Positions 8,134-16,268 of a DNA stretch of 64,000 nt are shown one piece after another. Location: contig CALVLN010000006.1 in the NCBI GenBank assembly GCA_944338165.1, forward strand, positions 11,446 to 75,445, read 5' to 3'. Below the pieces are notes generated by a model. The model did not search any database. It was not told the origin of the DNA and was given only the letters and a program-made list of their open reading frames with translations. Position 1 is the stretch's first letter. Each line of letters starts with the position of its first letter. This DNA is from an uncultured Clostridia bacterium. Lineage in GTDB: Bacteria; Bacillota; Clostridia; Christensenellales; Borkfalkiaceae. The position numbers and the translations under genes are program-made.

Positions 8134-8952
8134 ATGCTCATCATCTTTTCCGGCGGTTCCGGCGTCGGCAAAAATACCGTCATCGAACACCTCATCGCGC
8201 ACGGCGGCTTTGCGCTCATGCCCACGTATACCACGCGGGCGCGCCGCCCGAACGAGAGCGAGGGGCATCCCTATCATTTTCTGTCCGACGCGGAGTTTGA
8301 GGCAAAGCTGCGCGAAGGGGAGTTCTACGAGCATCAGCAGGTACACGGGCATTACTACGGCACATCGAAAAAACTGCTGCGTGAAAGCCTCGCCACGGGC
8401 AAGATCCTGCTCAAGGATATCGACGTCCTCGGCACGCAGAATCTGGTGCGCGCCGTCGGCGAAGATCTGAAGATCGTGACGATCTTCCTCAAAGTCGATT
8501 CGAGCGACGTGCTCGCCGAGCGGCTTCGCGGCAGGGGGGAACAGGAGATCGAACTTCGGCTCAGGCGGTTCGACATGGAGCAAAGCCACGCCGCCGAGTA
8601 CGACTATATCATCAACAACGTCGACCTGCAGGCAACGCTTTCCGCCGTGCTGCAGATCGTGCAGGAGGAAACCTCCGGCGCACCCATGTATGCGACCAGG
8701 GAACAGAAGGCGGAGCTCGCCTCGCTGCTTCCCGTGGCGGAAAAACTGCGCGCGGGCGAAAAGCTGCCGCCCGTGCCCGTGGTGCAGAGCGGGGGAAAAA
8801 GCTATCTTCTCGACGGGCAGGATGCCTATCTCGCCGCCCGCATGGCGGGCGCGCGCCTCGCCAAGGAACTCGTCGTGCGGCCGCTGCCGCCCCTTCCCGA
8901 CGAGGCGGCGTGGCTCTCCCTCGTAAAGCAGGCGGACGAACTGGTAAAATAA
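8134..8952 (+). CDS. guanylate kinase-like protein with a C-terminal extension of about 95 aa
   Basis: P-loop GGSGVGKNT; PYHFLSDAEFEAKL..GEFYEHQQVHGHYYGT; ILLKDIDVLGTQN; ERLRGRG. The ATG at 8134 follows AAGAGG. The track start at 8065 lies inside the promoter. Confidence 0.8.
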   Translation: MLIIFSGGSGVGKNTVIEHLIAHGGFALMPTYTTRARRPNESEGHPYHFLSDAEFEAKLREGEFYEHQQVHGHYYGTSKKLLRESLATGKILLKDIDVLGTQNLVRAVGEDLKIVTIFLKVDSSDVLAERLRGRGEQEIELRLRRFDMEQSHAAEYDYIINNVDLQATLSAVLQIVQEETSGAPMYATREQKAELASLLPVAEKLRAGEKLPPVPVVQSGGKSYLLDGQDAYLAARMAGARLAKELVVRPLPPLPDEAAWLSLVKQADELVK

Positions 8953-8962
8953 AGAAAAAAAG

Positions 8963-8995
8963 GACGCCCCGCGGCAGCCATGCCCGCGGGGCGTC
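8963..8995. terminator. bidirectional stem-loop between convergent genes
   Basis: GACGCCCCGCGG...CCGCGGGGCGTC stem, with an A-run on the left (a U-run for the minus-strand DeoR gene). Confidence 0.7.
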
Positions 8996-9019
8996 TTGAA
9001 TTGGGGGGATGATGATCGG

Positions 9020-9781
9020 TCACATGACGACGATATCTTTCTGCGTGAAGGCCGCCTTCAGGTCGGCTGGGAAGTTATCGTCGGTGATGAGCACGTCGAT
9101 GTCCTCGACGTGGGCGAAGGTGTAGGGCATGATCTTGCCGATCTTGGAGCTGTCCAGCATCATGTAGAGATACTTCGCCTTCTGCCGCACCAGTTTGAGA
9201 AGGTCCGCCTCCACCTGCGATCCGCAGGAGAAGCCGCTTTCCAGCGTGAACGCCGAGGCGGAGATCACCGCCAGTTCAAAATTCGTGTCGGAAAAATACA
9301 TCTTTGCGACGGGGGACGCCGTGGAGAGGTTTTCCGGCATGACCTGCCCGCCCAGCATGGTGACGTTGAGGTTCTTCTTCTGCGCCAGTTCGATGGCGAC
9401 CGCCAGCCCGTTGGTAAAGACGTTGATGTTGAGGTCGGGCATCTCCTTGGCGAGGTACATCGCCGTGGTGCCGCCGTCGATGAAGAGGGAGCACTCATCG
9501 TCGATGAGGCCCGCCGCCTTCTGGGCGATCTCGATCTTTTCGTCCGTGTGGATGGCCGTCTTTTTGGCGTATGGCTCGCCCGAAACTTTCTGCACTTCCT
9601 TGACCGACATCGCGCCGCCGCGCACGCGGATGATGCGGTTTTCGTTCTCCAGCTGCAGGAGATCCCTCCTGAGCGTCATCTGCGAAACGTTGGGGAAATA
9701 GGCTTCCAACTGTTTCAGCGTCAGTTTGCCGCGCTTGTCCAAAAGCTCGGCGATCTCTTCGACCCGTTTCTTTTTCATCAA
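9020..9781 (-). CDS. DeoR/GlpR-family transcriptional regulator
   Basis: N-terminal HTH (IAELLDKRGKLTLKQLEAYFPNVSQMTLRRDLLQLE) plus a DeoR C-terminal sugar-phosphate-binding-type domain. Confidence 0.85.
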   Translation of the reverse strand: MMKKKRVEEIAELLDKRGKLTLKQLEAYFPNVSQMTLRRDLLQLENENRIIRVRGGAMSVKEVQKVSGEPYAKKTAIHTDEKIEIAQKAAGLIDDECSLFIDGGTTAMYLAKEMPDLNINVFTNGLAVAIELAQKKNLNVTMLGGQVMPENLSTASPVAKMYFSDTNFELAVISASAFTLESGFSCGSQVEADLLKLVRQKAKYLYMMLDSSKIGKIMPYTFAHVEDIDVLITDDNFPADLKAAFTQKDIVVM

Positions 9782-9966
9782 CAGTTTTCTCCTTGTATTC
9801 GTACTTCCTCGTGTAAAATTCTAACACAAATCAAGAAAAAATGCAACTTATTTTTATATAAATTTTCTTGAATTGAAAAAATTTTTCTTCACGCGGGCGG
9901 AAAAATGTGCAAAAAATAAACATCGGCGCATACGGCACAAGAATTTCCGCGCCGGGGCAAAAACGC

Positions 9967-10249
9967 TTGACGGCGAAGCCCGGAGCGGGTATAATAGAAA
10001 AAAAGATGACAGCCGAGGGAAGAAAGAGTATTCCGCTCGTTCGCCGCAGCAGAGAGGGGCGCATCCGCTGAAAGCGCCCTGCGGAGACGGGGAAGAACGT
10101 GCGTCGTTCCCGCTTGAGGCCGGAGCAATGTCCGCGGCGTGCCCGCCGTTATCGGGGCAGACGAGGGGTGCGGCCCGTGCCGCGCCTGAAGTAAAGTGGA
10201 ACCGCGAACGAGACGCCTTTATATACTGTATAAGGGGCGTTTTCTTTTT
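9967..10249 (+). promoter_or_regulatory. promoter plus T-box leader (Cys by context) with terminator, upstream of cysE-cysS
   Basis: TTGACG (9967-9972), 17 nt, TATAAT (9990-9995). Stem I motifs GCAGAGAG and GCTGAAAG. T-box core AAAGTGGAACCGCG (10193-10206). Terminator hairpin plus U-tract at 10212-10249. Confidence 0.8.
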
Positions 10250-10272
10250 ATCCGCCCCGCAAGGAGGATAGC

Positions 10273-10953
10273 ATGTTTTTTGCAAGGCTGCGGAAAGACC
10301 TCGAGGCGGCAAAGCGGAACGACCCTGCCGCCCGCAACAAGTTTGAGATCCTGCTTACCTATTCGGGGGTGCACGCGCTCAGCTGGCACCGCTTTGCCAA
10401 CCGCCTCTACCGCATGCATCTGAAGCTTCTGGCGCGCATGGTCTCGCAGTTTGCCAAGTTTCTGACGGGCATCGAGATCCACCCCGCCGCCAAGATCGCC
10501 GCGGGCGTGTTCATCGATCACGGCTCCGGCGTCGTCATCGGCGAAACGGCGGAGATCGAGGAAGGCGTGGTCATCTACCAGGGCGCGACGCTGGGCGGCA
10601 CGGGCAAGGAGAACGGCAAGCGCCACCCGACCATCCGCCGCAACGTCACCATTTCCTGCGGCGCTAAGGTGCTCGGCGGGTTTACCGTCGGGGAAGGGGC
10701 GCGCATCGGGGCGGGCGCCGTCGTCTTGAAGGAAGTCCCCCCGTATGCCACGGTGGTGGGCGTACCCGGGCGCGTGGTGCGCATCAACGGCGCGCGCACG
10801 GAGCCCGACCTGCTTCCCGAAAAAGAGGATCCCATCGCCCGCGAGCTTTTAAGTCTGCGCGAACGCGTCGCCGAATTGGAAGCGGCGCTTGCGGCAGAAG
10901 GGGGCATGACCGCGGCAGACGCGGAAAAAGGAGAGGAACATGAAGATCTATAA
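10273..10953 (+). CDS. cysE: serine O-acetyltransferase
   Basis: Hexapeptide-repeat CysE pattern (GIEIHPAAKIAAGVFIDHGSGVVIGETAEI...GATLGGTGKE.GKRHPTI). AGGAGG RBS. Confidence 0.92.
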   Translation: MFFARLRKDLEAAKRNDPAARNKFEILLTYSGVHALSWHRFANRLYRMHLKLLARMVSQFAKFLTGIEIHPAAKIAAGVFIDHGSGVVIGETAEIEEGVVIYQGATLGGTGKENGKRHPTIRRNVTISCGAKVLGGFTVGEGARIGAGAVVLKEVPPYATVVGVPGRVVRINGARTEPDLLPEKEDPIARELLSLRERVAELEAALAAEGGMTAADAEKGEEHEDL

Positions 10954-12325
10954 TTCGCTGACGCGGCGCAAGGAAGAGTTCGTCCCGCTTGAGCCCGGAA
11001 AGGTAAAAATGTACGCCTGCGGCATTACCGTGTCCGGGGATGCGCACATCGGGCACGGATTCCAGGCGCTCATTTACGATATTTTCCGCAAGTATTTGGA
11101 AAAACGCGGGTATGCCGTGACGTATGCGCGCAATTATACGGACGTGGACGATAAGATCATTGCCCGTTCCCGCGAGACGGGCATTCCCGCCGACGAGTAC
11201 GCGGCGCAGATGATCGAAAAGACCGACCGCATCATGCGCGCGTTCGACGTGGACGATCCCACGCTGTGGCTGAAGGCGACGGAGAACATCGGCAACATTA
11301 TTTCCTTCGTCTCCGACCTCATCCGTTCGGGACATGCCTATGCCACGGAAAGCGGCGACGTGTATTTTGACGTGCAGACGTTCCCTGCGTACGGCAAACT
11401 TTCCGGGCGGACCACCGAGGAAGCGCTGGACGGCGTGCGCGTGGAGAACGACGAGAACAAGCGCAACGCCTTCGACTTCGCGCTGTGGAAGAGCGCCAAG
11501 CCCGGGGAGATCTGCTGGGATTCGCCCTGGGGGAAGGGGCGCCCCGGATGGCACATCGAGTGCTCGGCGATGAACCGCGCCGCCTTCGGCGATCAGATCG
11601 ATATCCACGGCGGCGGCAGGGACCTCATCTTTCCCCATCACGAGAACGAGATCGCGCAGACGGAAGCGCTCACGGGCAAGCAATTCGTCCGGTACTGGAC
11701 GCACAACGGGCTCATCAAGGTGAACGGGCAGAAAATGAGCAAATCGCTGGGTAACAGCCTGCTTTTGGAGGATCTCTTAAAGGCGTATTCGCCCGACGCC
11801 GTCAAGCTCGCCCTGCTCTCCACCAGCTACCGCAACGACATCAACATCACGGACAGGCTGTTCCCCGAGGCGGAGGAGCATATCGCGCGGTTCTATGCGC
11901 TCATCGGCGAGGCGGAGGCGCGGTTCCCCGCGGAGGCGGGCGCGGAAGAGGAGATCGACGAGGCGTTCGATTCCGCCATGGACGACGACTTCAACACCGC
12001 CGTCGCCGTGTCTGCGCTGTACGGATATTTCAGGGAGGTCCGACGTCTGCTCGATGCGGGCGACGCCAAGGCCCGCCGTATGACCAACCAGATCAGAAAG
12101 ACCTATTCGCTCTTAGGGCTCTTCAAGCAGGATCCCGCCGCGTATGCGGCGCGCTATCAGGCGCAGGAGCCCGTCCCCGCGGACGTTCTTGCCCTCGCCG
12201 AGGAACGCAAGGCCGCCCGCGCGAACAAGGACTGGGCAAAGTCGGACGAACTGCGCGAGCAGCTCAGAGCGCGCGGATATGCCGTCAAAGATTCCAAGGA
12301 CGGTTATACGCTGGAAAAACTTTGA
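10940..12325 (+). CDS. cysS: cysteine--tRNA ligase
   Basis: HIGH-type motif (DAHIGHG) and KMSKS (KMSKSLGN). 461 aa. Overlaps cysE by 14 nt. Confidence 0.95.
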   Translation: MKIYNSLTRRKEEFVPLEPGKVKMYACGITVSGDAHIGHGFQALIYDIFRKYLEKRGYAVTYARNYTDVDDKIIARSRETGIPADEYAAQMIEKTDRIMRAFDVDDPTLWLKATENIGNIISFVSDLIRSGHAYATESGDVYFDVQTFPAYGKLSGRTTEEALDGVRVENDENKRNAFDFALWKSAKPGEICWDSPWGKGRPGWHIECSAMNRAAFGDQIDIHGGGRDLIFPHHENEIAQTEALTGKQFVRYWTHNGLIKVNGQKMSKSLGNSLLLEDLLKAYSPDAVKLALLSTSYRNDINITDRLFPEAEEHIARFYALIGEAEARFPAEAGAEEEIDEAFDSAMDDDFNTAVAVSALYGYFREVRRLLDAGDAKARRMTNQIRKTYSLLGLFKQDPAAYAARYQAQEPVPADVLALAEERKAARANKDWAKSDELREQLRARGYAVKDSKDGYTLEKL

Positions 12326-12332
12326 AAACGAT

Positions 12333-12362
12333 TTGACAAAAGGCTTCCGCCCGCGGTAGAAT
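12333..12362 (+). promoter_or_regulatory. sigma-A-type promoter in the cysS-alaS gap
   Basis: TTGACA (12333-12338), 18 nt, TAGAAT (12357-12362). Short leader with AGGAGAG. Confidence 0.5.
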
Positions 12363-12391
12363 GGTGCGGAAACACGGTTAGGAGAGAGGAT

Positions 12392-14197
12392 ATGATTACA
12401 TCCAAGGAACTGCGGAACAAATGGCTGAAATTTTATGAAAGCAAGGGGCATCTCAACATCGGCGCGGTGTCGCTCATCGGCGACGGGTCGACGGGCGTCA
12501 TGTTCAACGTGGCGGGGATGCAGCCGCTCATGCCCTATCTTCTGGGGCAGCCGCATCCGTCCGGCAAAAAGCGCCTCTGCAACGTGCAGGGCTGCGTGCG
12601 CACGGTGGACATCGATTCGGTGGGAGACGCTTCCCATTTTACCTTCTTTGAAATGATGGGCAACTGGTCGCTCGGCGATTACTTCAAGAAGGAGAAGACG
12701 GCGTGGACGTTCGAGTTTTTGACGGAGGTATTCGGGCTCGATAAGGACAAGCTTTGCTCCACGGTGTTCGCGGGCAACGAGAGCGCCCCGCGCGACGACG
12801 AGACGGCCGATCTTCTGAAATCGCTCGGCATCCGTCCCGAACACATCTTCTACCTCCCCAAGGCGGATAACTGGTGGGAGCTCGAAGGCACGGTGGGCAC
12901 CCCCTGCGGCCCCGACAACGAGTGGTTTTACCCCATGGACGAGACGGTGGAGACGGCGTTCCCCGAAGGGTACGTGGAGATCGGCAACGACGTCTACATG
13001 CAATACAAAAAGACGGAGACGGGCTACGTCCCGCTGGAAAACAAGAACGTGGATACGGGCTTCGGGCTCGACCGCATGCTGCTCTTTCTCAACGGGCTGG
13101 AGGACGGGTACAAGACGGACCTCTTCCTGCCCGTCATCGAGAAGCTGGAGGAGATCTCCGGCAAGCGATACGACGAGGATGCGGAGGCGCGCAAGGCGAT
13201 GCGCATCATCGCCGACCACACGCGTACGGCGGTCATGCTCATCGGCGACGTCAACGGCATCCTGCCTTCCAACACGGGGGCGGGATACATCCTGCGCCGC
13301 CTGATGCGGCGCGCCATCCGTTATTGCCGCAAACTCGGCATCGCCTCTGCGGCGATGGGCGAATGCGCGAAGATCTTCATCGAGCGCATTTACGACGAGG
13401 CATATCCGCTGCTCCGGGAGAAGGAAGGATACATCCTTTCCGAGATCGCCAACGAGGCGGAGCGCTTCGAGGCGACGCTCGAAAAGGGGATGAAGGAATT
13501 TGACAAGTGCATCGCGGGCATCGTGCGCAAGAACGAATTCATGAAGAAGAGCGATCCTTCCTATCGGGGGGAGACGGTCATCGGCGGCAAGCAGGCTTTC
13601 CGCCTTTACGATACCTACGGGTTCCCGCTCGAGCTCACGGAGGAGCTCGCGGAAGAACAGGGGTATTCCGTCGACCGCGCGGGATTCGACGCCGCCTTCA
13701 GGGAACATCAGGAAAAGAGCAAGGTGCCTGCGGGTACGTTCAAGGGCGGGCTCGAGAGCCATTCGGATATGGCGATCAAATATCACACGGCAACGCACCT
13801 CCTCAACGCGGCGCTCAAGGCCGTGCTCTCCCCCGACGTCAACCAGCGCGGCAGCAACATTACCGACGAGCGCATGCGCTTCGACTTCAATTTCGAGCGC
13901 GCCATGACGCCGGAAGAGATCAAAGCGGTGGAGGACCTCGTCAACGCGAAGATCGAAGAGGATCTCCCCGTCGTCTACCGGGAGATGAGCCTTGAAGAGG
14001 CGCGCGCGGAGCGCTTCGTCGGCGTGTTTGACAGCAAGTACGGCGACGTGGTCAAGACGTATTCCATCGGCGAATTTTCCAAGGAGATGTGCGGCGGGCC
14101 GCACGTCGGGCACACGGGCGTCCTCGGGCATTTCCGGATCGTCAAGGAGCAGTCCTCTTCGGCGGGCGTGCGCCGCATCAAGGCAGTTTTGGAATAA
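12392..14197 (+). CDS. alaS: alanine--tRNA ligase-like protein, short form (catalytic plus editing domains, no C-Ala domain)
   Basis: AlaRS N-terminus (FNVAGMQP, CVR, HFTFFEMMGNWSLGDYF, DTGFGLDRM). Editing motifs HTATHLL and CGGPHVGHTG. Ends at AGVRRIKAVLE, total 601 aa. Confidence 0.85.
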   Translation: MITSKELRNKWLKFYESKGHLNIGAVSLIGDGSTGVMFNVAGMQPLMPYLLGQPHPSGKKRLCNVQGCVRTVDIDSVGDASHFTFFEMMGNWSLGDYFKKEKTAWTFEFLTEVFGLDKDKLCSTVFAGNESAPRDDETADLLKSLGIRPEHIFYLPKADNWWELEGTVGTPCGPDNEWFYPMDETVETAFPEGYVEIGNDVYMQYKKTETGYVPLENKNVDTGFGLDRMLLFLNGLEDGYKTDLFLPVIEKLEEISGKRYDEDAEARKAMRIIADHTRTAVMLIGDVNGILPSNTGAGYILRRLMRRAIRYCRKLGIASAAMGECAKIFIERIYDEAYPLLREKEGYILSEIANEAERFEATLEKGMKEFDKCIAGIVRKNEFMKKSDPSYRGETVIGGKQAFRLYDTYGFPLELTEELAEEQGYSVDRAGFDAAFREHQEKSKVPAGTFKGGLESHSDMAIKYHTATHLLNAALKAVLSPDVNQRGSNITDERMRFDFNFERAMTPEEIKAVEDLVNAKIEEDLPVVYREMSLEEARAERFVGVFDSKYGDVVKTYSIGEFSKEMCGGPHVGHTGVLGHFRIVKEQSSSAGVRRIKAVLE

Positions 14198-14207
14198 GGA
14201 CGGGGAT

Positions 14208-14240
14208 CGGGCGGGCCGCAAGGCCTGCCCGCCTTTTTTG
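14208..14240 (+). terminator. intrinsic terminator
   Basis: CGGGCGGGCC-GCAA-GGCCTGCCCG hairpin followed by T6. Confidence 0.85.
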
Positions 14241-14338
14241 CCGCCGCGGCGGCAAAAAGGGGGCGCGGGAGCGCGAAAAACGGTGCGAAAATTTTTTTAT
14301 TTTTTCCGAAAAATCTTAAAATCGCGAGGCAAAACAGC

Positions 14339-14367
14339 TTGACGGAAGATAGGGAATCGCCTATAAT
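14339..14367 (+). promoter_or_regulatory. sigma-A promoter for rplM-rpsI with an AT-rich upstream element
   Basis: TTGACG (14339-14344), 17 nt, TATAAT (14362-14367). An A/T-rich tract at 14289-14325 lies just upstream. Confidence 0.6.
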
Positions 14368-14451
14368 GAAGGGGTAATCAGCGCAAACACCCCGTTTTTG
14401 GGCGATTGACTCAAATAAAACACAGAACGGCAAGTTAAGGAGTACAAAGCA

Positions 14452-14883
14452 ATGAAGACCTATACGGCAAGTGCTCAGACGGTTGAGAGAAAGTGGTACG
14501 TCGTAGACGCGGCGGGCATCCCCCTCGGAAGGCTGGCTTCCAAGGTCGCTGCCATCCTGCGCGGCAAAAACAAGCCCACCTTTACTCCCAACGCGGACAT
14601 GGGCGATTTCGTGATCGTGATCAACAGCGATAAGGCAGTCCTCACCGGCAAGAAACTTGAGGACAAATTCTACCGTTATCACACCGGGTATATCGGCGGG
14701 CTCAAGGAGATCGCTTACGGCAAGATGATGGCGGAAAAGAGCGACCTCGCCGTGTACGAAGCGGTGCGGGGCATGCTTCCCAAGAATTCTCTCGGCAGAC
14801 AGATGATCAAGAAGCTGAGGGTGTATAAGGGTGCGGAACACAACCACGCGGCGCAGAAGCCCGAAGAACTTAAATTATTTTAA
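14452..14883 (+). CDS. rplM: 50S ribosomal protein L13
   Basis: [33 protein letters not shown]...GDFVIVIN is canonical L13. Confidence 0.95.
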   Translation: MKTYTASAQTVERKWYVVDAAGIPLGRLASKVAAILRGKNKPTFTPNADMGDFVIVINSDKAVLTGKKLEDKFYRYHTGYIGGLKEIAYGKMMAEKSDLAVYEAVRGMLPKNSLGRQMIKKLRVYKGAEHNHAAQKPEELKLF

Positions 14884-14900
14884 GGTGAGGTATCGAGAAG

Positions 14901-15314
14901 ATGGCTAAGGCTAATTTGAAGAAAAAATTGCAGTTCTGGGGAACGGGCAGAAGGAAGAAGGCGATCGCCCGCGTTCGTCTCATCCCGTCCGGCAGCGGCG
15001 CGATCGTCATCAACGATCGCTCGCTTGAGGATTATTTCCCCATGGGCACGCTTCAGTATATCGTCAAACAGCCCCTCGTCGCCGTCGCGGCGGAAGGCAA
15101 ATACGATATCTTCGTGAACGTCATCGGCGGCGGCTACACCGGTCAGGCCGGTGCGATCCGCCTCGGCATCTCGAGAGCGCTCCTGCAGTCCGAACCCGAA
15201 TGCAGACCCACCCTCAAAAAGGCGGGCTTCCTTACGAGGGACCCCCGCGCCAAGGAGAGAAAGAAGTACGGCCTCAAAAAGGCGCGCCGTGCTCCGCAGT
15301 TCTCCAAGAGATAA
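14901..15314 (+). CDS. rpsI: 30S ribosomal protein S9
   Basis: [14 protein letters not shown]...[19 protein letters not shown]...[27 protein letters not shown] is canonical S9. Confidence 0.95.
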   Translation: MAKANLKKKLQFWGTGRRKKAIARVRLIPSGSGAIVINDRSLEDYFPMGTLQYIVKQPLVAVAAEGKYDIFVNVIGGGYTGQAGAIRLGISRALLQSEPECRPTLKKAGFLTRDPRAKERKKYGLKKARRAPQFSKR

Positions 15315-15327
15315 GCAACGGCTATCA

Positions 15328-15360
15328 GGCCGCCGCAATATGCGGCGGCCTTTGCTTTTC
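15328..15360 (+). terminator. intrinsic terminator
   Basis: GGCCGCCGCA-ATA-TGCGGCGGCC hairpin followed by TTTGCTTTT. Confidence 0.85.
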
Positions 15361-15370
15361 GGGGGCAGGT

Positions 15371-15907
15371 ATGGAGCTCGCAGACGTCGTACGCAACAAA
15401 AAACGAGGCAGGGCGATCCCGTTCGACCGCCGCACCGCCTGCCTGCAGGGGCTTTGGGGCAGGCTCTCGTCGATGCGCCGCCGCGCCGTCGTTTTATGGG
15501 CGCTGCGCGGCGCAGAGACATCCGTGTCCGAGCTGGAAGCGTATTTCCCGGGCGATCCGCGCTTTTTTGAGGCGCTTTCTGCGGCCCGCGCCTGGGCAGA
15601 GGGCCGCGTGAAGATGCCTGCCGCGAGGCGCGCCATCCTCGCCGCGCACGCGGCGGCAAAGGAGACGAGCGATGCGCGCGCCGCCGCGCTCTGTCATGCG
15701 GTGGGGCAGGCGTGTTCGGCGGTCCACACGCCGCGGCATGCCCCGGGGCTTGTCTGTTACCGGCTGACGGCGCTGCTTTCCGGGCTCCCGGAAGCGGATT
15801 GGGAGCGCGCGATCGAAGGCGAACTTGCGTTGTTTCTGCGGCTTGCCGACGCGGCGGAGGCAGAGGCGGACATGCCCCGCCCGTGGGCGCCCTTTTTGCA
15901 AGACTGA
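15371..15907 (+). CDS. helical Imm5-like putative immunity-domain protein
   Basis: ALSAARAWAEGRVKMPAARRAILAAHAAAKETSDARAAALCHAVGQACSAVHTPRHA matches my recollection of the Imm5-like putative immunity family. The ATG at 15371 was chosen because the track start at 15200 lies inside rpsI. Confidence 0.5.
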   Translation: MELADVVRNKKRGRAIPFDRRTACLQGLWGRLSSMRRRAVVLWALRGAETSVSELEAYFPGDPRFFEALSAARAWAEGRVKMPAARRAILAAHAAAKETSDARAAALCHAVGQACSAVHTPRHAPGLVCYRLTALLSGLPEADWERAIEGELALFLRLADAAEAEADMPRPWAPFLQD

Positions 15908-15910
15908 CCG

Positions 15911-16111
15911 TCAGCCGCGCTTGTTCTCGTCGATGCGGCGGGAGATGGCTTCCTGTTTTGCGATGAGGGAGGCGAACGCGCCGCCCCGTTTTTGCCGCGG
16001 CGCTTCCTGCGGAGGCGCGGGCCGTGCGTCCGATCCGTCCGCTGCGCCGTGCGCCGCATCGGAGAACGCCGACAGGGCGTCGAGCAGGTCGAAGATCCCG
16101 AATTTTTCCAT
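15911..16111 (-). CDS. small hypothetical protein (66 aa)
   Basis: GAGAGGTG RBS 5 nt upstream of the ATG. Convergent with the previous gene. No recognisable family. Confidence 0.35.
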   Translation of the reverse strand: MEKFGIFDLLDALSAFSDAAHGAADGSDARPAPPQEAPRQKRGGAFASLIAKQEAISRRIDENKRG

Positions 16112-16268
16112 GGAACACCTCTCTATTTTGCAAAAATATCAAAGAAATGCAAAACTTCCGCGAGTTTTTGATTGCCTAAAACCTTGATTTAGTATATAAT
16201 AAAAAACGTATCGTTAGAACGGCATGCAGAATCGCGTGCCGTCGTCTGAGATAAGAAGGAGTCCTTTT

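Noticed and set aside
12113-14221. 702-aa minus-strand ORF
   Set aside because: Antisense shadow of the AlaRS-like gene. Arg/Leu/Asp-rich with no motifs.
14371-14399. GGGGT...ACCCC hairpin plus T-run in the rplM leader (possible L13 autoregulatory attenuator)
   Set aside because: The predicted start site (about 14374) removes half of the 5-bp stem, and the loop is 13 nt. This is too weak to call without a covariance-model search.
14880-16142. 420-aa minus-strand ORF
   Set aside because: Arg/Pro/Ala-rich. It runs antisense through rpsI, a terminator and the Imm5-like gene.
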